NCBI GenBank assembly: GCA_028023455.1
Contig: JAQFVV010000009.1
Coordinates: 15,872,001 to 15,936,000 of the forward strand
Reading direction: 5' to 3'
From: Epiperipatus broadwayi
Taxonomy: Eukaryota; Animalia; Onychophora
DNA length: 64,000 nucleotides
Below, one piece after another: positions 40,747 to 53,656 of this stretch (the first letter of the stretch is position 1; every line of letters starts with the position of its first letter). The notes under the pieces are model-generated. The model saw only the letters and a list, made by a program, of their open reading frames with translations, did no database searches and had not been told where the DNA came from. The position numbers and the translations under genes are program-made.

Positions 40747-43700
40747 ATGGATCAACAGAATGAGAACATGAAGGATGAAAATCATCTAAATCTCAGATCA
40801 TCCTCAACAGCAGAGGCCAGAGAAGAACAAAGTAACCTGGTGACTAAGGACCCCCAAAATAACATTAATTACCAGAGATCATCACAAATGGCACGGTTTG
40901 TGCATCTGCAGAGTTTCAGTGGTGAGCCTCATACAAATCCACAGGAACATCTTGAGAGTCTTCAAGTAATTGTTTTGTCTTAGCCAAGCCAATGAAGCTG
41001 AGCATGTGGCTATTGCCAGCCACTATTTGAAAGCCAGGGCCAAGGATTGGTGGCATTAACTGCAAAAGCAGCCTGCCACTTTTGAAGAGTATAAAGCCAT
41101 TCTATTGCAGAATTTTTGGGGAGAAGACTGTCAGGAGGGTATCCTACATTCATTGTTGACCAAGAAATACCAGGCTCACCATCCAGAAACTTTCACACAA
41201 TTTTTTTTGTGTCAGGTGGCCAAGTTTAAAACCCTCACTACATTTCCTTATTCTAATTCTCAAATCATTCGTATTATCAGGTGTAACATACCTGCTTTTT
41301 TTAAGTGTCATAGCATCGGCCGGGATGCGAACCCACAAACCCGGGTAACTGCCTGCTAGTGCAAGGCAGTCGTGCTGATCTCTCGACCACCAATGCAAGA
41401 CTTGGTTGCAGAGGATGATACTCTGCAGTCAAATTTCTGATATAGCAGAAATAACCAAATTTTTAACATCCCTTGGCAATAGGATATTGAACCCAAGAAT
41501 CGCAGCACAGGTCAAAGAACCTGACACTACGAGAAATCAAAAGGGTAAGAGAAGACAAGGATCCAGAGTTTGGTCATCAATATGACAACCAAAGAGGAAA
41601 AAAATTGTCAGGCAGCATCAGTCCAAGGAATATGATTATTCGTGAGAAGGATGAGCGTGAAGAGAGAGAAACGATGAACGTATCATCTACAATAGGAGTA
41701 CAGGTGGGATCCCAAAGTGAGAAACGATGAACATATCATCTACAATAGGAGTACAGGTGGGATCCCAAAGCGTGAAGGCTTTATTAGATTCCGGAAGTCA
41801 GATATCTATAGTATCGAGGATATGGGTAAATACTCTCAAGGAAGACATCATCATCATGCAATTCCCGACTCGCCCTATTACATTAACCCTAGTAAATGGA
41901 AAAAAAACTGAGAATTATCAGGTGTGGTTAGAGATTGGTTTTGGAAAAACTTACATAGGCCACACATTCTGATAATGTCAGGACTAAGTACTAGGATCTG
42001 ACATTCTGCAATAACACCACTGCATCATTGATTATTCCAAAAGGACCTGTCAGATACATAATGAAAGTATCCATTTTGAAATCAATAATCAACATGTGGG
42101 GGGAAAAAAGTTGCCTCATTCAGCTGGTTGATCTGGCCTTAATCGCAAGCAAGGTACGAGAAGCAGATCTTCAAGAACCTGGACACAGACTCCATATGAA
42201 GGAAATGTTAGAGGAGTACTCTCATGTATTTTCGAACACTCTCAGTAAGATTAGAGGATATACTCACCAGATATGGGTCAAAGAGGAGTCTTATGCTCAA
42301 TCCAAGACATATCCAATTCCCTTCCAGTATAAGGAAGAAGTAGAAATGCAAATTAAACAAATGATAGATTGGGATATCATCGAGCATAGCTCATCCTCAT
42401 ACAATAACCCCTTGTTGTGGTCAAGAAAAAGAATGGGAACCTTCGGCTATGTCTTGATACCCACCATCTTAATAATATAACAATCCCTGAGGGAGACAAA
42501 CCTCCACTCATACAGGAAATATTCATTCAGCTAGCTGGAAAAACTGTTTTCCACCTTGGACCTTTACTGCCAGCTACTGGCAGATGGTTTTGGACCCACA
42601 GGACTGGAAGTATACTGCTTTCAGATACAATGGTCACACCCATGTATTCAAAAGAGTCCCATTTGGACTCATCAATAGCGGGGCAGGATTGATACGATGT
42701 CTGAAACAAGTAATATCTTATGACATGCAGCAACACATGGTATGCTACATCGATGATATCATCATTGCCTCAAAGGACATCGAGGAACATTTAAATGCTT
42801 GAAACAGTTCTTCAGAGAGTGCTAGAGGGAAAATATCACAATCAACTTGGGAAAAAAGTAAATTTGCATTTCAAGAGATAACGTTTTTAGATCACATGAT
42901 AAACAAGCATAGGTAAAAGTCCACCCGGAAAAAGTGGATGCTATTGAAAATTTTCCATACAATGGTCACACCCATGTATTCAAAAGAGTCCCATTTGGAC
43001 TCATCAATAGCGGGGCAGGATTGATACAATGTCTGAAATAAGTAATATCTGATGACATCTGATGACATGCAGCAACACATGGTATGCTACATCGATGATA
43101 TCATCATTGCCTCAAAGGACATCGAGGAACATTTAAATGCTTGAAACAGTTCTTCAGAGAGTGCTAGAGGGAAAATATCACAATCAACTTGGAAAAAAGT
43201 AAATTTGCATTTCAAGAGATAACGTTTTTAGATCACATGATAAACAAGCATAGGTAAAAGTCCACCCGGAAAAAGTGGATGCTATTGAGAATTTTCCAAC
43301 TCCTCAGAACCGTAAACAGCTCAGATTCTTTTTGGGATTATGTAAATTTTTACCATAGGTTTTATCCACGGTTTGCCTGTGAAATGATTAAGACCTCAGT
43401 ACCATAAAGCAAAATTTCTTGCATGCCGTTATGCTACACTACCCCGACTTAAGAAGGCCATTCTATGTACAGACAGACAGTAGCAGAAGGGGCCTGGGTG
43501 CAGTGTTATTCCAGACCAGCGAGGATGGGGAACATCGTGTACTCTATTTTAGCAGCCGGACTGTGAAAGGAGCAGAGGTGAGTTATATTACCACTGAGCA
43601 AGAGACCCTTGCCATTGTTTGGGTCTGCCAAAAATTTTGTCAATTCTTACTGGGCTCCGAGGTAGTCATTATCACTGACCACAAATGCTTGAGTTCTTAA

Positions 43701-45159
43701 ATAAGAGTTTGCTCACAAATGACCATCTCATCAGGTGGAGCAAAAATTTAGGTACAGTGTAATGTATTGCCCTGGCCCAGAGAATGTAATGGCTAATATC
43801 CTGAGCCGTCACCCTGTACCAATCCAAGTACAAAAACCCCAATTGTTAGACAACAGATTTAGAATCATGGCAGTCTCCAAGGGCATGTCAATAGAATCCG
43901 AATTGAAAAACCTCCGATATTGGCAGGAGACAGAATCTCAGTATTGTCAGATTATTCACAAATTACAGAATGGTAGCTCTAACCCTATAAACCCTCTAAG
44001 AGGAAACACATGCAATATTGATTAAGGGATAGTGTTCTGCAAACATACATCCTGGGAAAAGATGACCCATGGAAAATCATGACTTCCCATGAACTAAGAA
44101 TCCGGCTTATAAGTCATGTGCATCAAGCATTGGGGCATTTTGGAGCAAGGAAAACTAAAAAGATAGTTTTACTGGCCAGGCATGTATAGTCTTTTCCTCC
44201 TCATATTAAGAAAATTCACTAAATGTGTGCAAAAAAAATTTCCTAATAAATCATACGCAGGTACCCTTAAACCCATCGCACTTGCAATTGACCATTATGG
44301 CTCCCTTCCCTGCATTCTGGAGGTTCCGTTATCTTCCAGTCAAATATGATGTGTTCTCCAAGTATGTGCGGGCATACCCAGTCAGGGCTGCTGATTCTAA
44401 GAACACCATCCATGCTATCCAAAGCAGGCAATTTTTGGAAGTTGGAAAAGCTGACACAATTTCTCTCTGACCATGGCTCTGCATTTACATCTAAGCAGTG
44501 GAGAGCTTGGGTGTCTAAACAAAATTTGAAATACTGTTTAACTTCCATTAGAAACCCCCAGTCAAATCCATGTGAGAGGGTTATGAGAGAAATCAATCGA
44601 CTCTTCCACATGCATACTCCTTTGGATCATCGTGGCTGGGTAAATAAAGGTGGGTAAATAAAACGGATGAAATCATTCATCATTTATTATATCAATCATA
44701 CGGATCATCGTGGCTGGGTAAATAAAATGGATGAAATCATTCATCATTTATTATCTCAATCATACCATTAATGAGTTCACTCTGAGAAGACATTTTGGAG
44801 AACTGTGCACGGATATCTTCAGGACATTTCTCCCAAAGGACCACCCACCTATAGATCCCAGCCAAGATCAGAGAGATGCACAGACATGATTGACTCACAT
44901 GGCTCAGTCTCATATTAAAAGGGGACATATTCAACGACACCAATTTCATGTAGGGGATAATGTCTGGTTGAGAGCACCAAAACCTACCAACATGACAAAG
45001 AGGGAATTCAAGAAGCTTTTTCCCTTGTATAATGGACCACACCGGATCCAACAAAAGTATAGGGACAATGCTTTCCTGTTGGAAGGGGATGATGGTGTGA
45101 AAGGGACCTTCAATGCCAGACAGCTAAAACCATATGCTCCTCCAGACCAGGAAAGTTAA
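40747..45159 (+). pseudogene. Gypsy gag-pol pseudogene
   Basis: gag SFSGEPHTNPQEHL, YLKARAKDWW..TFEEYK; protease LLDSGSQISI; RT FKRVPFGL..YIDDIII; RNase H FYVQTDSS..LGAVLFQ..EQETLAIVW..TDHK; integrase HQALGH, DVFSKY, SDHGSAF, PQSNPCER, YNGPHRI; many stops and frameshifts. Confidence 0.95.
42625..43297 (+). repeat. Tandem duplication (about 332 bp) of the RT core
   Basis: ATACAATGGTCACACCCATG...ATTTTCC at 42625-42956 and 42957-43297; the second copy has an extra 10-bp duplication (CTGATGACAT). Confidence 0.95.
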
Positions 45160-45367
45160 AAAAAAAAAATCGGGATGGTAAAATTGTTGCAGATACCCCA
45201 ATTCAATTAAAAAAAAAAATTGAACCAATGAAAGTGTAGATTAGGTTAGAGTAAGTAAGCTATAGAGTTTTATTTAAAATAGCATTATAATGTTATCAGT
45301 TGCTCTTCCGACCACCAACAGACCTGAAGTATAAACTTTTTTTTTTATCATTTCAAGTGGGGAAGTC

Positions 45368-48175
45368 TGAAGCAATCACTCTGTAGTCAGAGTGAGCTTC
45401 ATGTTTTCCTACCTAAAATAAACTAATATGTACAAGGATTCAAACCCAGCAATATTTAAATTACTAACAGTGCCGTCATATATATGTAATTATATATATT
45501 ACAAACTATTATAATTAATATTATGTTAATAATTATGCGCTTTTAACACTCGTTAAAGAAGTTATATTTATTAATAATTTATTTAAAGCTTAGCACTTTC
45601 AAAGCTCTATGGGTTCATACTCATAGCTGTGTGTGGTTGATAGTAAACGCATACAGCTATGAGTATGAAGCCATAGAGCTTTGAAAGCGCTAAGCTTTAA
45701 ATAAATTATTAAACTTCTTTAATGAGCATTAAAAGCGCATAATTATTGATATTATATAATTTATGAGAAGTTAATAAACAAATTTTCATTATAATTAATA
45801 TTTTATAATTTTTGATTCTGTTATCTTGATATTTTTATACTTTTGAATATTTTAAGCTTGTTTTTTTTTATCACATAAAGCTTGTCATTTGTAAAAATTA
45901 TCAGCATTTAATTTCACATTTGTAAAAATATAAAAAAAAGAAGATATAATCAAGATGGCAGGTTCAAATCAGCCATTGTGAAGTTTTCTTCACTAATTAA
46001 ATATTTTAAATGCTTGATTTTAATTAATCAAAATATTGTCTTATCATAGTTTTACTTTTATAATTTAAAGACTTTAATTAAAAGTTTTGCATGAAAGTGA
46101 TTTGAACCTTATCTTCTTATGTCTTACTTTTAATTAAAATGGACTGTAATTTGCTTAGGAATTTAATAATTGTCTCATCTGCCTTGGACAAATGAGCCAA
46201 AACATTCCTGTAATAGGTTGGGTGGTAAAAATAGAATAGATTAGAGAGATAAGAGTCAGTTTTTAGCCGAGTCTTATAGTCTGAGTCGGACAGTCTAAGT
46301 CTGAGTCTTACACTTTGCTTTTACCTTTTTGTGCTTAGTTTTAAAATGATAGTTGAGTAGGGCTTGAATCCTCTTTCCCTGTGCCTCTCAAGACTACCTC
46401 TAGTATGATGCCACGAAACTCCTGCCATGGAAGAATGCTGCCATTGACAAAAGATCCATAGTGACCAAGACTGTTGACCACCAGACTGATCCCCGCAACT
46501 GAAGTTCAGAGAATGAAGCATTCACCCCAAGTATGCTGAGATAACAATCCACTAGCTATGTAAAGTTGTCGGTACTTACCTCTAAAAAATACTAATTGTT
46601 TTTTTTATAATATTTATATTTAATCTTTACTTGTAAGACCTCTCTATATATGTAATATATTTTCTTATAATACTAACTCTGATTTCACTTTATTGTAGCT
46701 TTATAAGTCTGTGCATTCTGTTTAATATCTTTTCAAAGTTTTCTTTAGTAGTATGCCAGTTCAGCTCAACCTTGCAAATTTGTTTTTTTTTTTTAAAAAA
46801 AAAAAAAAGAAACAAAAGCAAAGTAAATTGTAATGATAAGGATTTATTTATCATTCACTCCCTGTAAGATTGAATATATTATATTAAAATAGACTCGTGG
46901 GGTTGATCGTTCTAAAACTCTCGTTTAATTATTATTTTTATTTTTGTTCATGAAAGATCGCAATAAAGAATGAAGTGTTAATTACTGTCATCGCCAAATG
47001 GGCCAAGCAATTAGAAGTTTTAATTTTGTTTGAAGTGAATACGGGAAAGCGTAACTAACTAATCAAATAAATACTTAATTAAATGTCTCATTTGATATTC
47101 ATAACCTGATTCACTATTATACATACCATTATGCAGGGGAATTGAACCGTTAAAGTTATTATATTAAACACTATTTTATTCTCATATGTATATTGTATTG
47201 CCGGCATAGCTTAACATTTTTTCAGTATTTCAAAAATGCTTGGTCATTTCCCTCCCTTTTGAAATTGTTAGTAATCAGGGATTATACTCCTTGTGGAACG
47301 CAAGGTTAAGGTGTTGGATGCTTTATGGAAAAGATCATACACCAGCTCCCATATCACCAAACCTACCTCAACCTTCATACCGTTTCACCATACGTGAAAA
47401 TGTATGTCTTCTTCATGAAAATACATTCAATGATGAAACTATTCTTTGACCAGCTGGTGCTTTCCTACATATATATGTTTACTCTTTCTATGTTAGTAGT
47501 TACAATATCCATTCATTAAATTGTTTTGTTTGTTTTATCCCAGTAAGAAATAAGGGTATGAGAAGTGTGAATCATGTTAGAAGAAGTATTGTATAGATTC
47601 CTGTAGTGCGCTTGGTTTAAAGTTGCCTACCCTTTTAAAATTAATGAACCATTCCTGTATATGCGTATATTTTTCATTCTCTAATAATAGTCAAAAAAAA
47701 AAAAAATACATGTAAAACATAAAATAAAATAAATGTTTTTATTTTTGCTGTAAATAAATGTGGTTTATAACTTTGAACATATGACTCCTACTAATTTAAA
47801 TCAATCATCGGTCTTTCGTTTCTTGTGTAAAGAGAGTTTATTTTGGCAAAATTTGCGCACATGACCTAAAGCAACATATTGTATAACTCCTATTAACAAA
47901 GATTAAGAATTATTCAGTGTTAACGTAATAAATGTAAACCTATCTAAAGTGAAATCGCTCTATATAGATATACGTTGTATTCATGCTAATTTGATATTAA
48001 AACACCTTAAAAATCTAATCCAGAGTTTGAATCTTTATTTTGGTTAGTTTTTAAATATAAAAAGATGTTATATAATTATGTATTATTATAATTCATATAT
48101 CTTATTCGGGAATTCATCCTCAACAATCCTAGTTTGAGTCTCATGTCTCTGTACTGCTGTGTGATGTCCGGTACA
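45368..48175 (+). repeat. 3' LTR (2,808 bp, includes a fold-back insertion)
   Basis: Colinear with the 5' LTR except for the 45523-45787 insert and small indels. Confidence 0.95.
45523..45787. repeat. Fold-back insertion in the 3' LTR flanked by a 15-bp direct repeat
   Basis: About 110-bp arms (AATTATGCGCTTTTAA...CATACTCATAGCTGT and its reverse complement) plus about 30-nt tail; ATTATAATTAATATT at 45508-45522 and 45788-45802; absent from the 5' LTR. Confidence 0.93.
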
Positions 48176-48769
48176 GTACTAATATTTCTACATCCCCAAA
48201 CTACTTTCTATTTATAGCCATCTTCATTGAGAGGTTTACCTGTTTTGCAGACAGAATTTATGCTATTAAAAAATTCAAAAATTACTTTGAGGTTTTAAAT
48301 CTAGCAATTTACTTGTCAGTTATATTTATCTGACACTAAGCCAGTAACTATATATTTTAGTAATAACAGTTTTATTTTAACTGTAGGCATTTTTCATCAT
48401 TTGACTAGGATAATGTATACCCACAAAATATCACAATATCCTCTGTTTATATTTAACATGCTTTCAGGAGTAAGGACTCCATATTTATGATGTGTTAACT
48501 ATCTACTGAAATGATAACACATTATAACTGCTTGATTATTCAGGCGCCATATTGAATTTTTTAAAAAACTTACCTGACACACAATTTTCATAATAACTTC
48601 AGTTTTAATAATGTTAGAGCAAAAAAATTTACATTAATAGAAACTAGAAAAACAAATGAAATCATTAAGTCGAAGACAAATAGTGATAATCATTTAAAAA
48701 ATAAGGAAAAAAGGAAATTTCAACATCCGACTTAATTATTACTTTATTGTTTGTTCATAATTTCTAATT

Positions 48770-49030
48770 TAGCATTAACTAAGTTTAAATTACATCTTCA
48801 GTGATAATTTCTTTGTATTCCTCACAAAATTATCTTTTAAACCATATATAATACTTCTTACCAAATTATCTTTTAAACCATATATAATACTTCTTACCTG
48901 AGATAATCCATAGCTTCAGTATCTCCAAAACAAGTCATATATGAATTCTTCATTTTTATCTTGTATCCCAAATTTATCAAATTTCAAAGGCGTCTATAAG
49001 AAAAAGATTCATCCTAATAAAAGATACAAA
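48770..49030 (-). mobile_element. Possible mariner N-terminal relic containing a perfect 36-bp tandem duplication (48827-48898)
   Basis: Minus strand: NLGYKIK..CFGDTEAM and YIWFKR*F resemble the mariner HTH region; the duplication AAATTATCTTTTAAACCATATATAATACTTCTTACC x2 is seen directly. Confidence 0.4.
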
Positions 49031-50772
49031 ACAAATCATTTCCAGAAGATAAATATGCATTTATCATCATAGCAATTGGCTTCTTGTTTATTTAAAACTA
49101 GAAATTGTAGACTACTGTGTGTATCACTGATAAATATGAGATTCATCTCTTCATTTTATATTTTTTTGTGTAGTGATGTTTATATTCTTTATGAATGTCA
49201 GTAATGCTATCTTGTTATGTTTATTGTCTCATAAAGATATAGACTTGAAAATAATGTGATACAAGATGTGGCAAAGCTACTGACTTTATAGCATGAGTAT
49301 CAAGGCATAGGCAAGAATCAGAATGATTCTTTGTCTGCATATAATTCCATGTGGAATATGCATAACCATTATGGCTACTACTACACAAACATCATTTGAA
49401 ATCTTTCTTTTATTGGTTTTAAGTGTTTATATTTTCACATGGTACTATGCCCAATAAATTTTGTGAATGCTTTATCAATTGCAATCTTTCTGTACATTTG
49501 ATTATGTTTTTAAAATTTACATTACACTGCTCTATATATGTAAATCATTACTTGTTATATAACACGCAAGAGTAAACACAAACACACCATATAAACATTA
49601 TAAATTATTAATATCAAAGATACAAAATTACTGTACATATGAATAATAATTTATATACCATATAATAAAGAGCATAAACGATTTTAATATTATATTATTT
49701 ATAATTTATATATTACACACACACACCAATATAAATACAAATTGATAAATTATACAAATTAATTATATTAATAAATGTAAAATACTATTAAAAAAATCTA
49801 CTTACAATATATATTCTGCGATTATAGGCCTTGAATGCAAATGACCTGCATATTTTTAATCTATTTTCATTATATAATCAGGCCGTTTACAATTTTCTGC
49901 CTTTATCACTTCGTGTAAACTAGAAAATTAACCAAAATAGAAAAAAATTAAATCCGCCTGTTTAAAAAAAAATTCATAAAAAATTCAAATTTCTTCTGAT
50001 TTCAATCAAAAAGATGGCATTCAAAAGATATTTTTATGATGGATTGAATGCCCATATTTCTGTTGATGTCATACTTATAGTTTTTATGTAATTTAAAAAA
50101 GAAAATGAAATTTCAACCAATCAGCTATGACATGATTCTGACACGCTGTTCTGAGCTGGATCGATAATGTAGTTGAGAATTTATAAATTATATTTATTGT
50201 ATATTGTCAGTAATAAATTTAACAGTTTTATAATATATATATATATACACACACATATATTGTTTAATATCATTTCTATAAAGATAAAAGAAAATACATT
50301 AAATAGCCCTCTGATAGTAGAAATATTTCCAACAATCTCCTAAAGAAGAACAGAAAAGAAGACATTACTCTCCAGACTTAGCAATTGCTGGAGATGTATA
50401 TTTGAGTATTTTTCTATTTTTGTTTTATTTTTACCTAAGAATAGCTGGACATTTTCTCACCAAAAATTAGACATTTACGTATATATTTCATTGTATATGT
50501 ATACATGTCTTGTTTTATTAATTTTATACATTATATATATATTTTATATGCCTGCATTCGATTTATTTCTAGGAAGTGACAATACTTGTAGAAATACTTG
50601 AATTTAATATTAACATGATAGACATATATTAGATGAGTGTAGAATCTTACATATATACAACACTATATTTTTTCAAGAAAATCATTGATAAATCAAGCAA
50701 TTGTCAATTGAATGTTGAGTAAATGTCAGTAGCATTTCAATGATTGTAAAATATGGAAATATAAATTTCCTA

Positions 50773-50944
50773 GTGCCAGTACTTCAGATTTGCTCATATA
50801 TAAGCATTTGAGTCATAGGAATGAGAGGATTCCTTTTATTCCTGCATAAATACTATATCTTGTATTAGTGAGAAAGTATTCATTTATTATTAACACTCGC
50901 AAAGCATATGCACAATTAGCTTAAAAGGCTGATATTTGAATGTA
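50773..50944 (-). repeat. Dispersed partial copy of the 335-bp monomer
   Basis: GTGCCAGTACTTCAGATTTGCTCATATA...GAGTCATAGGAAT..TTCCTGCATAAA..AACACTCGCAAAGC is the reverse complement of part of the 14441 unit, more diverged. Confidence 0.9.
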
Positions 50945-53477
50945 TAGAAACAGTACTGCAATTCTTAGAATATGTATAAAGCACTAATATCTGACATCTA
51001 TTGATTACTCAAGGTTATGATAGTATGAAATAAATAATATTAATTATATCTGGTACAAATGTTGAAAATAAATTAAGAAAATCATTATACTTTATTTGAT
51101 ATATACCATTCTCACCAAAGAGTGAAAAGTCCTTGCAAATAATACAAAGATGAAGTCATTAAAAAATTTAATTATTGGCATAACACCAAACTTATATAAC
51201 TATACAAACAAATTTGCTTGGATTTAAGATCTTAGGATATTTAAATTTCAAATTAGTATCTTATATAGTAAAAGAAATAAAGATTACTGCTAGATGTATG
51301 AAAGCAAATGTGATTTTGTCATTGAAAATGGTCAATAATCAAAAAATAGTCGAGGGATATAGATTTATTTACTATCATTTTGGTATTCATTTTTTTCTTA
51401 AGCTTTCAATATCAAAAATGGTGTGAATTACTGTTCCTAGTGTTGAACCTCTAATGTATCTTTATATTCATAGGGATACTCTCACTAATTAACAACTTCC
51501 CTGCCATATAAGTTAGATCTTTAATTGATCTCTCTTTTCATACTATGAAAATCAAAGCCTAGTTGATAGCCCTAACTGCAGTGTTCATCTTTCTTATAAT
51601 TTATTTTTATAACTATTTGATGCTTTTTTAAATTTTTTTTTTAAAAAAAGAGATATAAACATATTATTGTATTGACCTTAGGTTGTAAAGTTTAGAAAGT
51701 AATTGTAATGTATAGAAACTAATTTATTATTTATACTTTTATAAATATGTAAAAAGTGTGTAAAAACAGTTCCTATCTTGCATGAGTGATGTAATAGAAA
51801 AATATTGAGCTATCATCATGTGCACGGAGATTCAAGCATTTCACGACTTACTCACTTGTTAAGCAAAGATTGTTTGTGAAATGTGTGCATAGTAAGAGAG
51901 GATAGTCTGACCCTCTACATTGTTGGAAAGTGAGAGGAGCACATTAATAAAAATTTGAAAATACAAATTTATGGTGTAATGTCACTTTTCCACAAGATGC
52001 TAAAATTGAATAAAAATCAGTCTAACTTACTTGAAGATTATTATTATGAAAAAATATTGCGCTTTCAACATTGGCATAGAGATTTAGGTGATTAATATCA
52101 TTAGTTCATCATCTATTCATGAAATATATAACTAATGAGAGGATGATTTGAATCTCTATACTAGTTGTTGATTGTGATATGGTAGGATATATGGATAAAA
52201 GCATTAAAAAACAATTTGAAAATGAAATATATGTTTTAATAGAAGACTTTTAAATGAATAAACTAGTGTTTTATTGAAATATATTGCATTAATAATTTTT
52301 TATTAGTCATTCATTAGACTAGAGATTATCCATTTAATGACTATTTCTGTAGTATAATTTTCACTGCACTACTCTCACACAAGGTCATGACTGGTATTTA
52401 TCAGCTTTTAGCATCTTGTGGAGTGTAATCATAAATATATGATCAAAGACATCCGAAAAAGATGTATGATCCTCAAGATGCACATTTTGTGCTGGACCAG
52501 TACTCATCAATTGGTCCAGATCACAATCTCTTTATTATTGTGCAGTATCTGAGCCAAATGATGAGTGCTGGTTGGTCATATGTTTATTTTTATATTTCTC
52601 CACAAGGTGTTAAAAATGGATAGAAATCAGTTCCTACCCTGCACGAGTGATGAAATGTTACATGTTCATTTGCTTAGAGAAGTAATGTGTAACAATTTAT
52701 CTTGCTGATTTTCTTATATTGAAGAAAATTACATTTGTTTTTAACCTTTCCCTTTTGATTAATCTTTTCTACTTTAATTTAGAATAATTTTTCCTTTTTT
52801 TAATTGTATTTCATTCAGCATTCTTCACTGATCTCCTTTTTCCTAAAGCATAAAATTTCGAAAATAATCTCATTTTGTTTCTGTTGCAGGATTTGTTTAA
52901 AAAAAATATCCTAGCTTCATTGAAGTATAAAACGATGTCTCCAGAATTATCAATCTTTTTTGTGAATATATTCTGTATAATTTTTAAATATTTTAATACA
53001 ATGAGAATCCTAATAATTAGTCACAAGCTAAACTTCACAAGAATTAAAAAGAAATTTGTTCAGTCCTTTCCATTATTTCTTAATAAATATATTAACCTAT
53101 TTTATTAATTTTTTATCATATTTTTTCAATCATCATCCATCACCTCGGAAATCTTTTCAATGATAAATTGTTTCATATATCACAGCTCAATGATGATGAT
53201 ATTGACTATTAGAGTAGTCTATTTTGCATTTAAAGAAAATGTATCATGAAATGATGGCATTTCTTGAAACTGATAAATATTTCATGTTCTCTTTCTTGTT
53301 TAACATAAGATTCGCAGAATTAAAAAATCAAATCCACCTCCACATAGGCACTACCTTAATATATGTAAATATTTCTACTCTTACAAATTTTGTATATCTG
53401 CATATTTCTACTCTTCCAATTTTTATATATCTGCATTCATTATAGAACTTTTCAATTCTAAGCCTCAAGTTTTTCCC

Positions 53478-53656
53478 TTAATATGAATAACGGAATTACT
53501 TGGTTGTTAATGAACATACAGAAAAGATTTTTGTTTTAATATTCAGCTTTATTATTGCCTAGCATGCTTTTAATATAAACCATGCTAGGAAATAATAAAG
53601 CTGAATATTAGCAATACCTTTTCTGTTAGTATGTTCATTAATAACCAAATATTAAG
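53478..53656. repeat. About 180-bp imperfect palindrome/hairpin 270 bp upstream of the Mitf helix-2 exon
   Basis: TAATATTCAGCTTTATTATTGCCTAGCATG / CATGCTAGGAAATAATAAAGCTGAATATTA (14-nt loop), extended by TTGGTTGTTAATGAACATAC / GTATGTTCATTAATAACCAA. Confidence 0.9.

Larger units (their letters stand above)
37329..48175 (+). mobile_element. Full-length, decayed Ty3/Gypsy LTR retrotransposon (10,847 bp)
   Basis: TG...CA LTRs at 37329-39898 and 45368-48175; 4-bp TSD GTAC (37325-37328, 48176-48179); purine tract AAGTGGGGAAG before the 3' LTR; domain order gag-PR-RT-RH-IN. Confidence 0.96.

Noticed and set aside
51983-52426. Inverted about 35-bp repeats (CCACAAGATGCTAAAA) 370 bp apart, MITE-like
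   Set aside because: The inverted match is real but the ends are ragged and there is no TSD, so no element can be defined.
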